64,000 bases of DNA from Cladosporium halotolerans (taxonomy: Eukaryota). The position numbers were made by a program, and so were the translations under genes. The stretch is taken from the NCBI RefSeq assembly GCF_011745625.1, contig NW_027191461.1:434001-498000 (forward strand). The letters are read 5' to 3'. The notes under the pieces are model-generated. The model searched no databases and was not told the DNA's origin. It was given only the letters and a program-made list of their open reading frames with translations. Positions 60,031-64,000 of the stretch are shown one piece after another; the first letter of the stretch is position 1; the number at the start of each line of letters is the position of its first letter.

Positions 60031-61566
60031 GGCTGTGCCAGGTAGTGTCACGCTGATGAACGAGAACGGAGTGAATAGGGCATATGATCTCAGTATCGAG
60101 TGGCGGCAGATCCTGCGTCAGAATTGTGGAAATACTTCAAGCATCATGAGTATTTACTCCTGGTCTTATAGGCACCCACGGTTTACAGCTAAGTGAGAAT
60201 CGGCGGTTGCATTCTGCGCTCTGGTGATCTACGTGCCATCCGGCTCCGATGCATGCTTACGGCCGGCGGATCAGCCTTCAGATCGAAAGACGGCCGCATT
60301 CGAGAAGGCAATGGCGGCAGTGATATTGCAGCAGTCCTCAAACACTTGTGCGTGAGCGTGAGGTGAGATGGACGCTGGAAAATGTCGGAGCCGCGTGAGC
60401 TGCAGGTGCCGACGTTGCAAGCCGCCGTGCCGAGCCCCACAGGCAGCGTTCAGGAACGAGTCTTGGTGGCACGGTTCCAACCTCACATTCATCCATCCTT
60501 TTGGCTATGTCAACCTGCACACATCCCTGTAAGGAGATTCAAAAACAAATGTGATAATCACTTTTTGACGCGCCAATGATAGCCGCCGTGCCTGCATCTA
60601 TCGTCGACATGCACCGCCCTGCCGCAATGAGCTCGAACTCCGGCCTTGAGCTTCTTGACGAATCACAGACAGAAATGGACATCTCTTTCGGATTACATAA
60701 CCGGTAGATGTGACGATTGTGGCGCATCTGACACGCTAGGCGCTGTAAGGCAAAGGAACTTGATCCTGGAAGTATTGGCAATATCAATCAAAGAACCTTG
60801 GCTCTCCACAAGCCAGCCCGCGGATGCAAGGATCAGGTCCAATTCAGGCGTCTCCCCTGTCGTTTACCTGGCACGCCCAATCGCGGGATAGAACGACTTC
60901 ACACAGTGTGCAGACCGCCACGTGCCTGTCAAGCTTGACTGCCGATAACGACCAGCATGTAGAACCGGATCGGCAGTAAAACGGAAGCACACCTGCAAGC
61001 GGCCTGTTTACTGCTCGAGCAGCCAACGGCTTACATGGATGCACGTCTGATCCTTGGGTTGCTCCTATCTTCTGGCCACAATGCTATCCTCGCGTGACGG
61101 CGATACTTCGCTGTTCTAGATGGCTGCCGACGTCCAGGCCCAACCAAGAGACTCCACTGTGAAGTACCTCAGATGGAGCATTGATGGGAAAATGCCCGTG
61201 AGGGTGTCCAGTTCGCGGCCAGACGTCACACATCGGTTGATGTTGCTGCTTCACCCGCGATCGCCAATCGCGCTTGACCATTGAAACAGGACGGCTCCCG
61301 CTCTTCCGCCAAATCAGGACGTGAATCTGGGATAACCACCCTTGAGGCATCCTTGCCTTTTAATCAATCTTTCGTACCTCGCACGGCTTGGTAGTCGATT
61401 GACATCATTCTGGCCAGAACAACATGTCTCACAACCAACTTCTTCAAGTGACCGACAGGGATTGGACGTGCAAACCCATTGAATTGAGCAAGTCTTGTCG
61501 ACTTCATCCCCTTTCTTCACACGGCCCAGAGACGATCTGGTGTCGATGCTTTGAGCGAGCCGTAGG

Positions 61567-61572
61567 TATAAA
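61567..61572 (+). promoter_or_regulatory. TATA box of the hydrophobin gene
   Basis: TATAAA about 100 bp upstream of ATG 61672, followed by a CA-rich leader. Confidence 0.6.
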
Positions 61573-61671
61573 GCAAGCGCTCAACTCCTGCAATCATCCC
61601 ATATCTCAACCACCACCTTCATCCTCCACGCATCACACACATCCAAATCTCAGCAATCAAACCCGGTTACA

Positions 61672-62047
61672 ATGCAGTTCACCGCCACCATCCTCGCCCT
61701 TGCCGCCAGCGTTTCTCTCGCTGTTGCGCAGACCAACCCCGCCCTTTGCGGCGGCAGAACCGCCCAGTGCTGCCAGCTTGACGCTCTTGATCTGGCCGCT
61801 GTCTCTTGCGAGAACCGTATGTGATGGAGAGTCATTTACTTCTGGGTCACGGTAGCTAACACCTTCTACAGCCAGCGGCTCGCCCCAGACCCTCGAGGAG
61901 TTCGACTCTGTCTGCGCCGAGACTGGTGTCACTGCCCAGTGCTGCGTGCTCCCGGTCGTAAGTCTCGCTCTCATCGCGCACGTTAGAAGAAAAAGGATGC
62001 TGACCCTCTTGTAGCTCGGCCAGGGCCTTCTCTGCAGCAGCCCTTAA
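61672..62047 (+). CDS. Class II hydrophobin (cerato-ulmin family); exons 61672-61816, 61872-61957, 62015-62047
   Basis: Spliced 87-aa product MQFTATILALAASVSLAVAQTNPALCGGRTAQCCQLDALDLAAVSCENPSGSPQTLEEFDSVCAETGVTAQCCVLPVLGQGLLCSSP*; pattern C-x6-CC-x11-C-x16-C-x8-CC-x10-C. Confidence 0.92.
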
Positions 62048-62286
62048 GCGATGGGTTGCGATTCAATGACAGTGGGAATGGCTTGGGAGTGGAACATCAA
62101 AGAGTTCGGAGTAATCTGAGAGAGTCCTGTCAATCCAATGCTAGCTCAACCGTGCCATAATATCTTGTACGAACATGCTAAGATACGAAAACCTCGCTCA
62201 ACTCGCATCAGTAGGGTCTTCGCAAACGCATCATAAACACGCGAAATGTAACCAATCTGCACTTATCCTGCAGATCATCAGCTCCC

Positions 62287-63363
62287 TCACCGTTTCCAGT
62301 CGGGCAAAAGAACCATCCTTCCCTGAATCTTCCCCTCACCCAGGCGCTCAAGCACTTGCGGGAGGTCCTCGATCGACCCTGTCTGAACCTTCGGTCTAAG
62401 TATACCCTTTCCCATCAGATCAAGACACTCTTCATAGCTCTGAACACTGCCACTATAAGATGCCTGAATACTCAGGCCATTCGGCACAAACACTACCGGA
62501 ATCAAGGGCGCTTGCTCGCTCAACAGCCCAACCAGCACCAACCTACCCGCAGGCCGCAGCGCCAACTGCGCGCTCAGGACCGTGTCCGCGTGCCCGACCA
62601 AGTCGATGCACGTGTCGATCGCGATCTGCCGCTCCGCCACAACCTTGTGCAACTTCTTCGCACCAGGATCGTCAGTACAGAACGCATCCTCAGGTCGCAC
62701 GCCCAACCTAATCGCCTCGTCGACCGTCTCGCGCCGCTTGTCAACGACCAGCACCCGCTTGACGCCGAGGTGCAGCGCCGTCTGCAGCGCGTTCATGCCC
62801 AGCCCTCCGAGCCCAAGAATCGCAACCGTCTGGTCCGGCTTCACAGCCGCAGTCACTTTCACAGCGTGGTAGGCCGTCAGGACCGCGTCCGCGGACACGG
62901 CCGCGAGCGGCATCTCGAGGCCGTCCGGGAGGCGGAAGACGCTGCGCGCGGACACGGCCGCGTACTCGGCGAAGAAGCCCTCGCGGCCGATGCCGTACGC
63001 GCCGCCTTCGCTCTTGCACAGCTGCTGCAAGCCGCGGGAGCACTCTGGGCAAGTAGGTTGGAGGCAGCCGGCGACGAGGTAGAGGCCGACGCGGTCGCCG
63101 GGTTTGTAGAGGTTGCTGTCGACGTTGGAGCCGATCTGCGCGATCTCGCCGGCGCCTTCGTGTCCGAGGACGAATTCGTTGGCCATGCCGTACATGGATT
63201 CCTTGATTCCGAGGATCGTGCAGTCGGAGTGGCAGACGCCCATGGCGAGGATCTTGACTAGCACGTCGTCTGGTCCGGGCTTGGGGGTGGGCACTTGGAC
63301 TCGGAGGGGTTTGCCATGGCCAATTTGGCATTTCCATGCTTGCATTTGGTCTGGGACGGGCAT
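62287..63363 (-). CDS. Zinc-dependent medium-chain alcohol dehydrogenase
   Basis: GVCHSD, LGHEGAG, structural Zn cysteines (C..TCPEC..LC) and the GLGGLG Rossmann motif. Confidence 0.92.
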   Translation of the reverse strand: MPVPDQMQAWKCQIGHGKPLRVQVPTPKPGPDDVLVKILAMGVCHSDCTILGIKESMYGMANEFVLGHEGAGEIAQIGSNVDSNLYKPGDRVGLYLVAGCLQPTCPECSRGLQQLCKSEGGAYGIGREGFFAEYAAVSARSVFRLPDGLEMPLAAVSADAVLTAYHAVKVTAAVKPDQTVAILGLGGLGMNALQTALHLGVKRVLVVDKRRETVDEAIRLGVRPEDAFCTDDPGAKKLHKVVAERQIAIDTCIDLVGHADTVLSAQLALRPAGRLVLVGLLSEQAPLIPVVFVPNGLSIQASYSGSVQSYEECLDLMGKGILRPKVQTGSIEDLPQVLERLGEGKIQGRMVLLPDWKR

Positions 63364-63786
63364 TTTGAGTTGCTCTTGTAGGATTGTATGTTGGTGATGT
63401 TGACAATCTTGGGTGCGTAGGGCTAATATAATATGTGGCGGGGCTGTGTCAGCAGCTGATGTCGATCATGAATGGAAGGATCGTGAGAGTTGCATCCTGC
63501 GATACCTCCGAGATCAGCTCCAGCTCAACTGCCTTTAGATTTGATTGTTGTCGTGTTCCTATTCAATCATCAGAGGCTGTCAGGTTTGGGTGGATCGCTG
63601 CAGCGTCGTTGATGCTGATTTCCCTCGGCCCATGATCATGCGGGGCCAAAGGCGATCCACAGGCTGGGTCACTAAAGCAGTAGCTGAATGTACTACAACA
63701 ACTTGTCGAGACTTATCTGCGAGTGTCATAATGATTTCATATATTTTTTCTTCGTATAGCTGTCATCAACGACTTCAGTCGTCCCT

Positions 63787-64000
63787 TCACTCCACAGCCT
63801 TCGGCCTGCCCTTCCTATCCACTCTCTGATCCCTAGGGTCAAACCCACCGTTTCCCCAAGCAGCCCACTCAGGCGTCGCATCGCCAATGTAATCGTGAGG
63901 ACCAAACGGCTTCCCGCTCTCAACGAGCTCGAAGAACTTCGGGTAGTCGATGAGCGTGTGCCAGCGCATCTCGCCGTTCTCGCCCGAAGGCAAGTAGTAC
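63787..64000 (-). CDS. TYW1: 3' end of wybutosine biosynthesis radical-SAM protein Tyw1 (partial)
   Basis: WHTLIDYPKFFELVESGKPFGPHDY..TPEWAAWGNGGFDPRDQRV resembles the conserved Tyw1 C-terminus. Only about 70 aa are visible. Confidence 0.7.
   Translation of the reverse strand, partial: YYLPSGENGEMRWHTLIDYPKFFELVESGKPFGPHDYIGDATPEWAAWGNGGFDPRDQRVDRKGRPKAVE

Overview
Gene-dense, intron-containing DNA from a filamentous ascomycete. It is probably a Dothideomycete, inferred from gene content, short GT..CTRAC..YAG introns and high GC3. About 29 protein-coding loci and one tRNA-Thr(AGT) are present. Most are housekeeping genes: BRCT protein, HYPK, class II DAHP synthase, amidase, FAT1-like acyl-CoA synthetase, SPT5, PIG-S, SAR1, DPM2, DCAF8-like WD40, monoglyceride lipase, COL-26/AmyR-type Zn2Cys6 factor, RPEL protein, PRP43, TRM2, M14 carboxypeptidase, RING/TRAF protein, RSM19, MRE11, TAF10, ADH and the 3' end of TYW1. 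Several small spliced genes (RSM19, DPM2, hydrophobin, HYPK, SAR1) were reconstructed by hand because the ORF track misses or fragments them. No CRISPR array or recognisable transposon was seen. The most unusual items are: (1) a free-standing NR-PKS product-template (PT) domain gene with an intact catalytic dyad, divergent from a class II hydrophobin and with no PKS nearby; (2) a long last intron in the DCAF8-like gene that could switch a CaaX prenylation tail on or off; (3) a secreted M14A carboxypeptidase with Arg at the S1' specificity position, suggesting acidic-residue specificity; (4) a decayed UbiA-type prenyltransferase/terpene cyclase gene next to an inverted-repeat-flanked tandem array. 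All family calls come from motif recognition by eye; no database searches were run.
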